Assembly (NCBI RefSeq): GCF_009914755.1
Contig: NC_060925.1
DNA length: 64,000 nt
Strand: one strand, 5' to 3'
Origin: the human T2T-CHM13v2.0 reference genome, Homo sapiens
Part shown: one piece after another, positions 63,801 through 64,000 of the stretch
How the letters are laid out: each line of letters opens with the position of its first letter
How positions within the stretch are numbered: the stretch's first letter is position 1
The notes under the pieces: generated by a model
Told to the model about the DNA's origin: nothing
The model's input: the letters and a program-made list of their open reading frames with translations, nothing else
Database searches by the model: none
Made by a program: the position numbers and the translations under genes

Positions 63801-64000
63801 CGTGCAATTAATACAGATACAAGCCATTATTCTTTCACAGCTCCGTATTATACCACTGTGTCAATGTAGCATAACTTAATCAACCTTCTAGTATCAGGTA
63901 TTGTTTTTAACTTTTTTGCAGTTATAAGCACTTCCTTGTAACATGAAACTGTATACTGATTTTTTGACTTTACAAACTGTTTCCAACCTTGCTAAACAAC

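Overview
Human (primate) genomic DNA, AT-rich and dense in repeats. The whole window lies inside RAB3GAP2 (non-catalytic subunit of the Rab3GAP/Rab18 GEF complex; Martsolf/Warburg Micro syndrome gene), transcribed on the minus strand. I located 20 consecutive coding exons (exons 2-21, roughly aa 39-770) by translating them and checking splice sites and phases; they join into one open frame. Intron 12 is a non-canonical GC-AG intron. Intron 9 hosts the H/ACA snoRNA SNORA36B, whose 3' hairpin is pre-miR-664a. Two antisense processed pseudogenes are present: an SNX2 5' half in intron 7, and a near full-length GABARAPL2 retrocopy split by a THE1 LTR in intron 2. The rest is Alu, L1, L2, MIR, MaLR/ERVL LTRs and MER DNA transposons. 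The most unusual structure is in intron 8: a ~480-bp inverted duplication whose copy is circularly permuted (A-B ... A'-B'). The copy is joined at a 7-bp microhomology and opened at a single point, which looks like a fossil of a small DNA circle re-integrated next to its source. Most entries in the ORF track are Alu/L1 artefacts. Gene, repeat and RNA identities come from my memory of the sequences, not from database searches; repeat boundaries are approximate.
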